A DNA stretch of 64,000 nt, taken from positions 452,096 to 516,095 of the forward strand of contig JAQUQO010000001.1 in NCBI GenBank assembly GCA_028716045.1, written 5' to 3'. Shown here piece by piece: positions 36,824 to 46,339 of this stretch. Under the pieces are notes generated by a model. It had not been told where the DNA came from, did no database searches, and was given only the letters and a program-made list of their open reading frames with translations. The position numbers were made by a program, and so were the translations under genes. The stretch's first letter is position 1; each line of letters begins with the position of its first letter. The stretch is from Patescibacteria group bacterium. Lineage in GTDB: Bacteria > Patescibacteriota > Patescibacteriia > JAQUQO01.

Positions 36824-37438
36824 TTAAATAAACGGCACAAAAACAAAACCAAAAAATTTTTCCTCTCTAAATTTATTCTTGCTGACGCGGCTGATTTTTC
36901 TTATATACCCGTCGCTCGTCGGGGCCACTAAAATTCCCCCGATATTAAGAGCTTCTTTCAGGTCTTCGGGAATCTCGCCAAAAGCGGCGCCGCTATGAAT
37001 CCGGTCATAGGGAGCATTTTTCTCCCAAGACGTGGCCGCATCAGTTATAAAATAATGAACATTTTTCAATCCGCTTTTCTTAACATTCTGCTCTCCCATC
37101 TTCCCTACGGTTTTATTTATTTCGTAAGCATAAACTTTCCCTTTTTCTCCCGTCAGCTCCCCCAAAAGACAGCTAACCCACCCGCTACCCGCGCCAATAT
37201 CCAAAACTTTCTGCCCGGAGCTTATCTCCAATTTCTCCAACATAAACACCACGGTCGTCGGCTGGGAAATAGTTTGCCCTTCGGCCAAGGACAAGGCCTC
37301 GTCGCTATAAGCAAGGTTTTGTTTATCTGCCGGAACAAAATTTTTTCGGTCAACTTTACGCAAAGTTTCTTTAAGAGCTTCTGACCTTAAAACTCCTTTG
37401 GCTGACAAATGTTCAATCAAAGTTTCAAGGGAAGACAT
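36824..37438 (-). CDS. pcm: Protein-L-isoaspartate O-methyltransferase
   Basis: 204 aa. QTISQPTTVVFMLEKL, VLDIGAGSGW and ...IGGILVAPT are PCMT signature motifs. Confidence 0.8.
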   Translation of the reverse strand: MSSLETLIEHLSAKGVLRSEALKETLRKVDRKNFVPADKQNLAYSDEALSLAEGQTISQPTTVVFMLEKLEISSGQKVLDIGAGSGWVSCLLGELTGEKGKVYAYEINKTVGKMGEQNVKKSGLKNVHYFITDAATSWEKNAPYDRIHSGAAFGEIPEDLKEALNIGGILVAPTSDGYIRKISRVSKNKFREEKFFGFVFVPFI

Positions 37439-37484
37439 AAAAATAAGTCACTTCATCAAAGTTTTAAATATCTAAAAACGATTA

Positions 37485-38441
37485 TTATTTAAACGGTTCA
37501 CTTTTGGTAAAATCCGGCTTAAAGACCTCGCTGCTTTCCAAATCCTGCGCCCAGCCATTTTTAAAACCCAATTGTTCGGTTTCATTTTTTACTTTTTCGT
37601 ACTCCGCGGAATTTATCCGGCGATTTAGCTCCGGATATTCGCCGGCGCGATGGCAGGGCGAATACTGCGCCATTAAACTTAGATATATTTGAGGCGATAA
37701 GCCCGCGAGAAAATTTAAACTCGCGGAACTGCCCGCCAAATCTTCCGGCAGAACCAGATGGCGGACAATAAGACCTTTTTTAGCGATGCCATTTTTATCA
37801 AGCTTCAAATCACCGACCTGCCGATACATTTCCGTAATGGCCGCGCGATTGGCTTCAACGTAATTATACGCCCGCGAGTACTTTCCGGCAACGGCATTAT
37901 CGCTGTATTTTATATCCGGCAAATAAATATCTACGACGCCGGCCAAAAGTTTTAATGAATCCAAATTATCATAGCCGTTGGTGTTGTAAACGATGGGTAA
38001 ATTAAAACCGCACTCAACCGCACAAACCAAACTCTCCAGTATTTGCGGAATGTAATGCGCGGGTGAAACAAAATTGATATTATGAGCTCCTTGTTTTTGA
38101 AGTAATAAAATTTTTTCTGCTAAATCCTTCGCGGACATAAATTCTTTATCTCCCGTTTCGGCTTGGTCTTTATGGCTAATCTGCCAATTCTGACAATAGG
38201 GGCAACGGAGATTGCAATGTGAGAAAAAAATAGCGCCGGACCCGCGACTGCCGGAAAGCGGGGGCTCTTCGCCGCGGTGCAGTCCGATGTAAGCGATTTC
38301 CATTTCCGCTCCCGCGCGGCAAAAACCCGTTTCCCCCGCCCAACGATTGACGCCGCATTTCCGCGGGCACAAATCGCAAGCGCTTAAATGTTTTTTAGCC
38401 AGCTCCGCCCTCTGTTTTAATTCTTGTAAATCAATTTTCAT
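37485..38441 (-). CDS. Radical SAM enzyme, PflX / AmmeMemoRadiSam-system-type (TIGR04337-like)
   Basis: 318 aa. N-terminal CDLCPRKCGVNRWAGETGFCR plus HRGEEPPLSGSRGSGAIFFSHCNLRCPYCQNWQIS. This is the characteristic two-cluster arrangement of this rSAM subfamily. Confidence 0.7.
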   Translation of the reverse strand: MKIDLQELKQRAELAKKHLSACDLCPRKCGVNRWAGETGFCRAGAEMEIAYIGLHRGEEPPLSGSRGSGAIFFSHCNLRCPYCQNWQISHKDQAETGDKEFMSAKDLAEKILLLQKQGAHNINFVSPAHYIPQILESLVCAVECGFNLPIVYNTNGYDNLDSLKLLAGVVDIYLPDIKYSDNAVAGKYSRAYNYVEANRAAITEMYRQVGDLKLDKNGIAKKGLIVRHLVLPEDLAGSSASLNFLAGLSPQIYLSLMAQYSPCHRAGEYPELNRRINSAEYEKVKNETEQLGFKNGWAQDLESSEVFKPDFTKSEPFK

Positions 38442-39041
38442 TTAGGCACTGATTATTCCCGCTTTGACCAAAGCCGCGTAATGTTCCGGTTTTTTACGCC
38501 AGAGATATTCTAAAACCTTGCCCCGCACTTCGGCAATTTTTAATTTTTTCTCCGCGGCAAACCGTATAATTTTTTCCGTGGCCGCGGCGGCGGCAGATTC
38601 TTCGCCGACTAAAAGTTCAATCTCCGCGATGGTATAAATAAAGTCCGCGAACTGGACGGAATTTAAATCAATGGTAAAATCGCCGTTTTTATATTTGCGA
38701 CGAATTGTCCGGCACTCGCAAAACGGCGCGTAGCCGAGCGCGGCTAAACCCTCGCCTAAGGATTCCCTTGTCTCCAGACCAAGCGCTTCGCGAATGGCCC
38801 CTTCGGTTTCTATTTCCCGATATTTATCAATACTCTTTTGACTATCTCTTTTACCCAACGGCAATTTTAATTCCCAACGCCCGTTGCGGGAACGCAGCCA
38901 GATGTCACGAGTGGTTAAAAAATAATCAGGTGTATCAAAATAGGCATCATCTAAAATTTTTTCACCCAAAAACTCCGCGCCTTCCAAAAGCCGCTTTTCA
39001 TCTTCCTCGCTTAAAATAAATTTCTTTTCTATTTCTATCAT
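38442..39041 (-). CDS. CYTH-domain protein (triphosphate tunnel metalloenzyme; class IV adenylyl cyclase / ThTPase-like)
   Basis: 199 aa. N-terminal EIEKKFIL (ExExK). Its stop abuts the rSAM start. Confidence 0.7.
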   Translation of the reverse strand: MIEIEKKFILSEEDEKRLLEGAEFLGEKILDDAYFDTPDYFLTTRDIWLRSRNGRWELKLPLGKRDSQKSIDKYREIETEGAIREALGLETRESLGEGLAALGYAPFCECRTIRRKYKNGDFTIDLNSVQFADFIYTIAEIELLVGEESAAAAATEKIIRFAAEKKLKIAEVRGKVLEYLWRKKPEHYAALVKAGIISA

Positions 39042-39273
39042 AAAAACGCAATCCTTAAATCCTCAGGACAAACCAATACCATAACTAAATTTCTATTTCC
39101 GGCAATAAATTCTTCTTTAGAAAAAATAAGGATTACACCATTAAGATACAATCCTTATTAAAACCTCTTTTCCATATTTTAGTTTTTTGGTTGTCTTACG
39201 TAATCTACCGGAATCGGCAATTAAAGTCAAGGGGGTATTATAGCCCTTATCTCCGTGAACAATAACAAATTTA

Positions 39274-40323
39274 TTATTTTTTCTTGAATCCGTTTAATTC
39301 AACGTAGGCCTTGCCAATGTTTTTGCCACTAGAATCCTTTACTGTACAAGCACCTTCCCAATAATCAGGCCCAACCCAGAAGTGATGCTGGGCTCTTAAT
39401 TCCTGGTCCTTAACCATGGGCTCAACAATCCATTCTTCTCCGGCGACATTTAATTTCCAGCCGCTCGGATAAAGAATGCCCGTGTGCGGACTTTTCCAAT
39501 GGTCAAGTATAGTTACTGTAAAATCATTCTGGTGAAGGTCTTTTGTTTCACCGGTTGCGTCAGTAATAGATACGTAGCTTTCTATACGGTCCTTCGCGCC
39601 GTTAATATCGTAAAGCATAATTTGCCGATTATCATCTAGTTCAATAGCAAACCACTGCCACCCTTTCTGAATTGCCTGATAAAGTTCTCCGTACTGCCTG
39701 TCAAACCAGCTTGTGCCTGTCACATTATAAGTTTTGCCGTTAACGGATATTGTTCCCGCGGTTTCCATGCCTACGCGCGAGTAATAATAAGTAAATCCTC
39801 CGGAACGGTATACGTGAGGCCCGCCTTCATAATGAACGACATCTGATTTAGTTGGTTCAAGTTTTAAATCAAGAACATAACCATCAACTTCGCTATGAAG
39901 AGTATCGTATCCACCGCTGCCGCTGGCCGTTACTTTATTACCTTTCCCGGAGCTCAAATCAAACTTGCTGGGTAATTCCTCCGGCAGACTGAAAGTCCTG
40001 ACATATTCTTTAAAATGAAATGAATTATCATCAACATCGGTAATGGCCGCCTGGATTAGCTGGTCTTTAAAAACAAAAAGCGAATCAAAGGTAAAAAAAC
40101 ATATCTCAAAACCGAATTTTTTGCCTTCTTCAGTTTGTAAATGCCCAGTCCAATACCACCACTGGACATCTTCCTCGGGTAAAAACGAGTCGTCTTGCGG
40201 AAGTTCAACCGGGCCGATTATTCCTCTGACCGGCGCAAACAACATATACGCGGTTAATGAAATTAATAATAACCAGGGCAGCCAGCAACTTATAAATACT
40301 TTTTTAAAAAAAGTTTTGAACAT
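39274..40323 (-). CDS. Lipocalin-like hydratase domain protein (CrtC / AttH family)
   Basis: 349 aa. Signal anchor, then the DVQWWYWTGHL motif typical of hydroxyneurosporene-synthase/AttH-like proteins. Confidence 0.6.
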   Translation of the reverse strand: MFKTFFKKVFISCWLPWLLLISLTAYMLFAPVRGIIGPVELPQDDSFLPEEDVQWWYWTGHLQTEEGKKFGFEICFFTFDSLFVFKDQLIQAAITDVDDNSFHFKEYVRTFSLPEELPSKFDLSSGKGNKVTASGSGGYDTLHSEVDGYVLDLKLEPTKSDVVHYEGGPHVYRSGGFTYYYSRVGMETAGTISVNGKTYNVTGTSWFDRQYGELYQAIQKGWQWFAIELDDNRQIMLYDINGAKDRIESYVSITDATGETKDLHQNDFTVTILDHWKSPHTGILYPSGWKLNVAGEEWIVEPMVKDQELRAQHHFWVGPDYWEGACTVKDSSGKNIGKAYVELNGFKKK

Positions 40324-40325
40324 AC

Positions 40326-41222
40326 CTAACCTCCTTTATTTAAATTATTTTTTATTAACAAACGATCAAGACTCGGCCACAAATAACCAAGTAAGCCGAT
40401 GATAATAACAAGTGGTATGACGATGACTAACGCCTGATTTTCTAAATAGAGTTTGGTTGTGAAAAAACCAACGAGCGCCCAAAAAAATATGTATAAGGGA
40501 ACCGCTAAGATTACCCAATCTATTTTATTAAATTTGTCCATTTTTGGTATGGCGCGAATTATGGGTATGGCGCAGATTATAAAAATCATCATAGTTAAAA
40601 GCGCTTCATTGAGCCAGCTAAACCCCAAACCAATCAGCCAAAAATAACCCAGTATGGATGCCATAAAAAGAGCAAATGAGGGGATAACGGCGAAAAGGGA
40701 GATTATCGCGTCGCGCCAAGTATGGCGGCCGGTTGGGAAAAAACGGGTGAGTAATTCAAGAATAAAAAGGAATATAACAACGATGAGAAACCAGCCCACG
40801 TAATTGCTCCACGGAATTCCAAACCAGGCTTCGGGATGCGGCGGGGTCCACTGCCATAAATCCATTTTGACATACGGGGGGTCTTCCGCAAAATCAATAA
40901 TCACCGCTAAAAAACCCGCAGCCAGCGGACGCAACCACCATTTTACTTTCAATTTAATAGCCGTTAGCATGGCGGCGTAGATAATAATCCCCCACCCCAG
41001 ACAGATATTAAGCGGCACCGGGCCAGGCAGAGCAATCAAAGCATGAGGATAATAATATGGCTGCGGGATTTTGCTTACCGCGGAATATTCCGCCAAAAAA
41101 CCAAAAATTATTGCGGCCAATATCACAAAGGCATAATAAGGTTTCTTTTTCCAAGCGTGAATAAAAATGATCGCGGTTAAAATATAAGTGCCGAGTTCTA
41201 TCAAAGTAATAATTATGTTCAT
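40326..41222 (-). CDS. Polytopic integral membrane protein, possibly carotenoid-associated DUF422-like; partner of the CrtC-like gene
   Basis: 298 aa, about 8 TM helices. Starts 3 nt after the upstream gene. Function is inferred only from linkage. Confidence 0.5.
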   Translation of the reverse strand: MNIIITLIELGTYILTAIIFIHAWKKKPYYAFVILAAIIFGFLAEYSAVSKIPQPYYYPHALIALPGPVPLNICLGWGIIIYAAMLTAIKLKVKWWLRPLAAGFLAVIIDFAEDPPYVKMDLWQWTPPHPEAWFGIPWSNYVGWFLIVVIFLFILELLTRFFPTGRHTWRDAIISLFAVIPSFALFMASILGYFWLIGLGFSWLNEALLTMMIFIICAIPIIRAIPKMDKFNKIDWVILAVPLYIFFWALVGFFTTKLYLENQALVIVIPLVIIIGLLGYLWPSLDRLLIKNNLNKGG

Positions 41223-41627
41223 ATTATTCCCTTTATTTTAATTCGTTAGAGAAAATTGGCGGGCACGATGCCCGCAAGTTAGAACCAAGAAAGTGGTTTA
41301 GATTAGCAGATATTGAAAGAAGTATACAGAAATTAAAAGTGATACTCAAAATTCATCCAGAATGGTTTGAGACGCCTCTTCCAGAGTCTAACAGTGGTAA
41401 AAATGAGTGGATTATGCTGTTTTGTAATATTGACCAAAAAATAAAAAAGGCGTAAATTATAGTCACTAGCTCCTTGAAAAGCTGGCGGGATACCTCTGGG
41501 ACCTTTTTGTGATTATTAGGTTAAGCCGCCTTTACCTCTCCTCCCTAGGAACTTTTAGTTTTTAGGGTGGGGAGTAAGCGTAAAGGTCGACCCCCTATTA
41601 ATTAATCAAAAGTAACGGAGTAAATCT

Positions 41628-41813
41628 ATGGTCAATCCAAGATTTGTGATTTACAAAGATCGAGTTGGTTATTATCGGTGGTACCTTCAAGCTTTAAACG
41701 GCGAGAAGGTCGCTGCTAGTGAGGGTTATTCCTCAAAGCAAGTCGCTATTAACTCTGCTCATCGCGTAAAGCAAATTGCTTACTCGGCTGATATTGTGGA
41801 CTCCACAAATTAG
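41628..41813 (+). CDS. DUF1508 (YegP/UPF0339) domain protein
   Basis: 61 aa. FVIYKDRVGYYRWYLQALNGEKVAASEGYSSKQVAINSAHRVKQ matches the YegP repeat consensus. SD GGAG 8 nt upstream. One of only two + strand genes. Confidence 0.65.
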   Translation: MVNPRFVIYKDRVGYYRWYLQALNGEKVAASEGYSSKQVAINSAHRVKQIAYSADIVDSTN

Positions 41814-41932
41814 TTGATTGAGCTTTTCCCGTCAGCTTTTCAGGGAGTTTTTGTTTAAGATATTTGGAATATAACAACCTTTTATATAATTTTCTACAAA
41901 CTCCCACTTGGAGGGCTTTAGAGTCGATTGGA

Positions 41933-42706
41933 TTATACTAAGATCGTATTTATAATTTGCAAAATATCATGTCTATGGCTCTTGGACAGAATGCCGAACA
42001 TTTTTAGCATTTCCAAAAATACTTTGATGTTGTTTCCTGAGATTTCAAAATAGGCAGTTTCTTTTGTTTCAGCACATCGTCCGATTAAATTATTTTTTGT
42101 TTTTAATTCCGTGATTGGAAAACACAAATACAGCATCGGTTGCGTACCGACTGCGTATTGTTTTTCGGTAATTTTTATTTCGGTAATTATTTCGTATCCA
42201 TTAAATTTGTAAATTAAAAGAGGGTATTTAACCTGAGTATATTCAAAATCAAATCCATTTATAATTTTTCCAATCGGATGACTACGATCAATTTGTAACT
42301 CAGAATTATTATCGATCAAATCATGATCTTGTATTGAATTAAGATAAGTAATAACACTTTCCAATTCTTCTCTGGCGATAACATTCCATTTATAGAAATA
42401 CCAAATATATTCTGATAATTCATAAAGCGCTTTGACCTTTCCATTTGCCCCAATAAACTCGGTTTCAGGTAGCGATGATTCTGCGAGCTTTTCCGTTTCC
42501 TTTTTAACCACATCATAGCCGATTTGCCATTCAACGTAATTACTTAAAGCAAATCCGTCACGTTTAACCGCAACCGGCGTTCCATATTCATTCAAGATTG
42601 ATCGATTTTTAATGCGAATCTTTCCACTAACGGCGGTCAATAAAATTGGTATTTCTATTGTGTGTTCGTGTTTTTTAATTAAAATTTGTGGCATATTTTT
42701 TCCCAA
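41933..42706 (-). CDS. Putative type II restriction endonuclease (partner of the adjacent N6-adenine MTase)
   Basis: 257 aa, no known motif. Possible PD-ExK-like EIITEIKITEK. Its 5' end overlaps the MTase 3' end by 32 nt. Very AT-rich. Confidence 0.4.
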   Translation of the reverse strand: MGKNMPQILIKKHEHTIEIPILLTAVSGKIRIKNRSILNEYGTPVAVKRDGFALSNYVEWQIGYDVVKKETEKLAESSLPETEFIGANGKVKALYELSEYIWYFYKWNVIAREELESVITYLNSIQDHDLIDNNSELQIDRSHPIGKIINGFDFEYTQVKYPLLIYKFNGYEIITEIKITEKQYAVGTQPMLYLCFPITELKTKNNLIGRCAETKETAYFEISGNNIKVFLEMLKMFGILSKSHRHDILQIINTILV

Positions 42707-43847
42707 ATTTATTTCCTAACAATTCTCTAAAATAGTTATCTATTTTTAGTTTAGCGTCAGGAATTTCTCTAAATTTAAATTTACTTTTTAAAATTGGATT
42801 TGTGTGAATACTCTGAGCAATAAAGCATTCTTTTATTTCATTAAATTTTTTATTATCAATTATCACATCGCAGTTCCCAATAAAATATGGCATTTTGTCT
42901 GTGTATTGCTTGAAGACGTCAATATAACAATAATAAGGAAGCTTTTCCATTAATACATACACTGTGTTATAGGTATCCGAATCGATAAAAGTTCGATTTC
43001 GCTTTAGGGCGTTTATATCTCTTAAGGTCCAAAATTTTGCGACTGGCCTATCATTTTTATTTAAACATTTTTTATTGGGATACTTTTGAACATAGTTAAC
43101 TATAGTATCAAAATCTCTTAAGCGAAAAAGCCCATCGTCTTTTACTTTAAATTGATAATCTTGAATATAATTGTAGGTCATTCCATTTTGGTCTTTTTTG
43201 TAAAGAGCTATCAAGATTGGGAAAGCCATTCCGCGAGAAGTATCAGAAAATTCATGACTGCTTATGATTACTCCGTCAATTAATTTATAGTTTTGGGAAA
43301 ATTTTGAGAGTAAGGCAAAATTGGCTTTCTTAATCAAATAAGACAAGGGGTGTAAGACGCAAACATAATCCGCCTGAAGTTTATCGTAAGAAAGCAAAAA
43401 TGACATCCCTAGGTCCCTGGTTTTTATATCAGAATCAATTTTATCTTGAACAGAAACATCTTTTATGGAATTACGAATTATAGATGTAGTATCATTGTAT
43501 GGTGGATTGCCTATAGCTATAAGTTTTTCTTCGTTTTTGATAATTAAATTCTTACGGCTAACATTTAAGAGAGAATTTTGACAGATGAAATCTACATTAC
43601 CGATCCTTTTTTTTGCTTCGGCGATAGCTTTTTTATCAACATCAACACCAACTAATCTCTTTGCAATACCATTTTTTGCTAAAAATGAGCCATAACCACA
43701 TGACGAATCCAAAATTGTAAAGTCTTTAATGTTGGTAATATTTTTCTGCAAAATAGAATAAGCCAAATCAACAATAATCTCCGGCGTATAATAAGAGCCG
43801 AGATTGACAGTGTCTATATAATTTAGATGTTTTTGATTCCTATTCAT
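42675..43847 (-). CDS. N6-adenine-specific DNA methyltransferase (type II; start reassigned to an internal ATG)
   Basis: Motif I DSSCGYGSFL and motif IV NPPY. The track ORF start at 44024 runs into tRNA-Ser, so a start at 43847 (TATAAT 8 nt upstream) or 43901 is more plausible. Confidence 0.75.
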   Translation of the reverse strand: MNRNQKHLNYIDTVNLGSYYTPEIIVDLAYSILQKNITNIKDFTILDSSCGYGSFLAKNGIAKRLVGVDVDKKAIAEAKKRIGNVDFICQNSLLNVSRKNLIIKNEEKLIAIGNPPYNDTTSIIRNSIKDVSVQDKIDSDIKTRDLGMSFLLSYDKLQADYVCVLHPLSYLIKKANFALLSKFSQNYKLIDGVIISSHEFSDTSRGMAFPILIALYKKDQNGMTYNYIQDYQFKVKDDGLFRLRDFDTIVNYVQKYPNKKCLNKNDRPVAKFWTLRDINALKRNRTFIDSDTYNTVYVLMEKLPYYCYIDVFKQYTDKMPYFIGNCDVIIDNKKFNEIKECFIAQSIHTNPILKSKFKFREIPDAKLKIDNYFRELLGNKFGKKYATNFN

Positions 43848-43889
43848 GGTTTTATTATACCAGCTTTTTCTAATATTGATAAGTTTTAG

Positions 43890-43917
43890 AAAAACCGGCA
43901 TCTTTGGTGGATACCGG
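43890..43917 (-). terminator. Rho-independent terminator immediately downstream of tRNA-Ser
   Basis: Minus-strand CCGGUAUC-caccaaa-GAUGCCGG (one G-U pair) followed by UUUUU. Confidence 0.5.
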
Positions 43918-43950
43918 CTTTCAAGCGTCAAAAATCCTAATTCTGAAACT

Positions 43951-44038
43951 TGGCGGAGAGGGAGGGATTTGAACCCTCGATACCTTGCGGCATACTCGCT
44001 TTCCAAGCGAGCGCACTCGACCACTATGCGACCTCTCC
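43951..44038 (-). tRNA. tRNA-Ser (anticodon GGA), CCA encoded
   Basis: 88 nt. Acceptor GGAGAGG/CCUCUCC, anticodon loop UUGGAAA, long variable arm, T-arm AGGGUUCAAAUCCCU, 3' GCCA. Confidence 0.9.
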
Positions 44039-44139
44039 AAAAAAATACTAAAATATCCTAAAACCAAACGTAAAAAATAAATAAGGATAAGTGTAAAACT
44101 TATCCTTATTTTAATATCTTATTTAAAATTAGTCAAACC

Positions 44140-44895
44140 TTATAGCTTACTGTCAATTATGGATTTTAACGTTTCATACGGAACCGCGCCGGAAACCAGC
44201 TCACCATTGATGAAGCTCGCCGGAGTGCCCTTTACGCCAGCGGTGGCGCCGGCTTCCATCTGGTCATTAACCTTTTGGGTGTATTTCCCGACGGCCAAAC
44301 AATCATTAAATTTTTTGGCATCAAGTTTTAAATCACTGACTAACTGGGTATAGAGCGTGTCGCCCAAAGTGTCTTGCTTAGCGAATAAGCCATCGGCATA
44401 CTCCCAAAATTTTCCCTGCTCCGCGGCGCATTCCGAGGCCTCGGCTGACTTTTGAGCATGCTCATGAAAAGACAGCGGGAAATGGCGGAAAACGAAACGA
44501 ACTCTGTCTTTATATTCCTCGCGCGCCTTGATGAGCGACTGCTGAAAACGCCCGCAGAAAGGGCATTCAAAATCGTCATAAGTGATAACCGTCACCTTGG
44601 CGTTGGCCGGACCTTGAATATGGTCAGCGGCGGAAACTTCCGGAACCGGAGCATTTTGAACCTCTTCTTCTTCGCTCGGAGGAGCAGTCGGAGCCTGATT
44701 ATCATCGGCCGCGGCTACTTTGTCAGAATCTGCCGAAGAATCGGCTGGCGAGGCCTTAACCCCGCTATTCCACATAAAAACCAAAACCGCTACAAAAGCG
44801 ATAAAGGAAATCGCGGCAATGCCGATAAAAAGGCCCAAGAGAAAACTGTGTTTCGGCCCAGACCCTTCAAAAAAATCTTTTTTATCTTCTGACAT
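44140..44895 (-). CDS. DsbA-family thiol:disulfide oxidoreductase, membrane-anchored
   Basis: 251 aa. N-terminal TM. Thioredoxin-fold active site FECPFCGRF. Confidence 0.8.
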   Translation of the reverse strand: MSEDKKDFFEGSGPKHSFLLGLFIGIAAISFIAFVAVLVFMWNSGVKASPADSSADSDKVAAADDNQAPTAPPSEEEEVQNAPVPEVSAADHIQGPANAKVTVITYDDFECPFCGRFQQSLIKAREEYKDRVRFVFRHFPLSFHEHAQKSAEASECAAEQGKFWEYADGLFAKQDTLGDTLYTQLVSDLKLDAKKFNDCLAVGKYTQKVNDQMEAGATAGVKGTPASFINGELVSGAVPYETLKSIIDSKL

Positions 44896-45012
44896 ATTTT
44901 TAATAGTTTATTAATTATTATAAAGAATAATTAGTTCTTTTTATTCTAACACTTTAAAAAGATTTGTCAAGACCCGTCAGTCGCGACTAACGGGTCAAGG
45001 CCCGTCGAGTCG

Positions 45013-46305
45013 TTATTTTTTGAAAAACAATTTGATATTATTCCAGATATTTTTTACTTTCCTGTTATCCAAGAAAACAAACCCCGCTCCGGCGGCGGCC
45101 AACGCCAGCAGTACCGCCAAAATGACCCACAGTTTCCAATTGGCAAAATTGAAAAAACTGACACTTACCTCTATTTTACTCGTCGCCGTTCTTCCTTCAG
45201 AATCAGCAACTGTCAAAGTCACAGTGTAATCGCCGTGTCCCGGAAATGAGTGTCTGGCAATCTTTTCCGTGGAAACTTTTCCGTCACCAAAATTCCATTC
45301 ATAACCCATTTCTTCCGCCTCGCCGATATTCAAGTAGGGAGAAAATTCAAAAGTGCGCCAGTTTATTTCCTTTACGCTGATATCAGCTTCGGCCAAAGAA
45401 AAATTCTCCAAAGGATGAAGCTCACCCGAGGTTGCCGATTCTTCGCCACTGATATTCTCCGCGCCACCTTCATTCCCGGCCGCGGACGCCGCATTTTCAT
45501 TGCCGGCATCTTCCGATTCTTCTTCGGTTAAAGCCGGTGGCGGAATAGGAGTATTATCTGCCGGCGGTGAAACGGGAAGAGTCGGCGGAGAAGGCGGACG
45601 ATTATTGGGGTCCAAAGGATACGGGTCCACATTATCATTCAAACCATCGCCGTCGCTGTCGGGATTAGTCGGACTTGTGCCTCCCCCGCCCTCCTGATTA
45701 TCCGGCACTCCGTCATTATCATCATCGGCATCGCAGGCATCACCCAAACCGTCATGGTCATTATCCGCCTGATTGGCATTGCCAACCGTGGGACAATTAT
45801 CGCTGGTATCGGAGATTCCATCGCCGTCGGTATCTAGCAACGGTTCAAATAATCCGGAAATGGCCGTGTCGTTGCTCGAATTTTCATCGCGAGGGGCCTG
45901 ACCTTGGATAGTGGCACGGATATTGAATTTGCCGGTAGGCACCACCCAGTCCACGTAAACTTCATCGCTTAAACCTTCGGCCCTGACTGATACTACCTGC
46001 GAATCGCCGATAAGTTTGTCGCCGGCATAAAAAGTCACATAACCCGAAACATCCTCCGCCCCGTAATTATGAATAACGGCGTATAAACGAATCGACTCTC
46101 CGGAAATTATCTCCTTTTTTGAAAAAAATATATCGGGACTGTTAAGGCCGACGTCGTAAGTATAATCGGCGGCCGAAAGAACACCCGAAAAAAATAGACA
46201 TCCCGAGATTAGCAAGCCAAGACCTAAAAACAAACTAAAACTTTTAAAAAGTTTAATGTTTGATTTCATAATTTTATAATTTATTACCATTTTATTATAC
46301 CACAA
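45013..46305 (-). CDS. Secreted protein with thrombospondin type-3 Ca-binding repeats and a C-terminal PKD-like domain plus TM anchor
   Basis: 430 aa. Signal peptide. [15 protein letters not shown]...[25 protein letters not shown]3 repeats. A WNFGDG...TVTL PKD-like motif. C-terminal hydrophobic helix. Confidence 0.7.
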   Translation of the reverse strand: MWYNKMVINYKIMKSNIKLFKSFSLFLGLGLLISGCLFFSGVLSAADYTYDVGLNSPDIFFSKKEIISGESIRLYAVIHNYGAEDVSGYVTFYAGDKLIGDSQVVSVRAEGLSDEVYVDWVVPTGKFNIRATIQGQAPRDENSSNDTAISGLFEPLLDTDGDGISDTSDNCPTVGNANQADNDHDGLGDACDADDDNDGVPDNQEGGGGTSPTNPDSDGDGLNDNVDPYPLDPNNRPPSPPTLPVSPPADNTPIPPPALTEEESEDAGNENAASAAGNEGGAENISGEESATSGELHPLENFSLAEADISVKEINWRTFEFSPYLNIGEAEEMGYEWNFGDGKVSTEKIARHSFPGHGDYTVTLTVADSEGRTATSKIEVSVSFFNFANWKLWVILAVLLALAAAGAGFVFLDNRKVKNIWNNIKLFFKK

Positions 46306-46339
46306 AAGGAGCGTAAAATCACAAAATTTGGAAAAGTTT

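Larger units (their letters stand above)
41230..43950. mobile_element. Candidate horizontally acquired island 2 (strongly AT-rich), directly abutting the 3' end of tRNA-Ser; DUF1508 gene + REase + N6A-MTase
   Basis: Sharp compositional drop (long A/T runs across 42.0-43.9 kb). The tRNA 3' end at 43951 faces the block. The only + strand genes in the window occur at such junctions. No integrase was seen. Confidence 0.35.

Noticed and set aside
42675-44024. Track start of the N6A-MTase ORF at 44024
   Set aside because: The first about 40 codons are the reverse complement of tRNA-Ser (43951-44038) and its terminator. The real start is an internal ATG (43847 or 43901).
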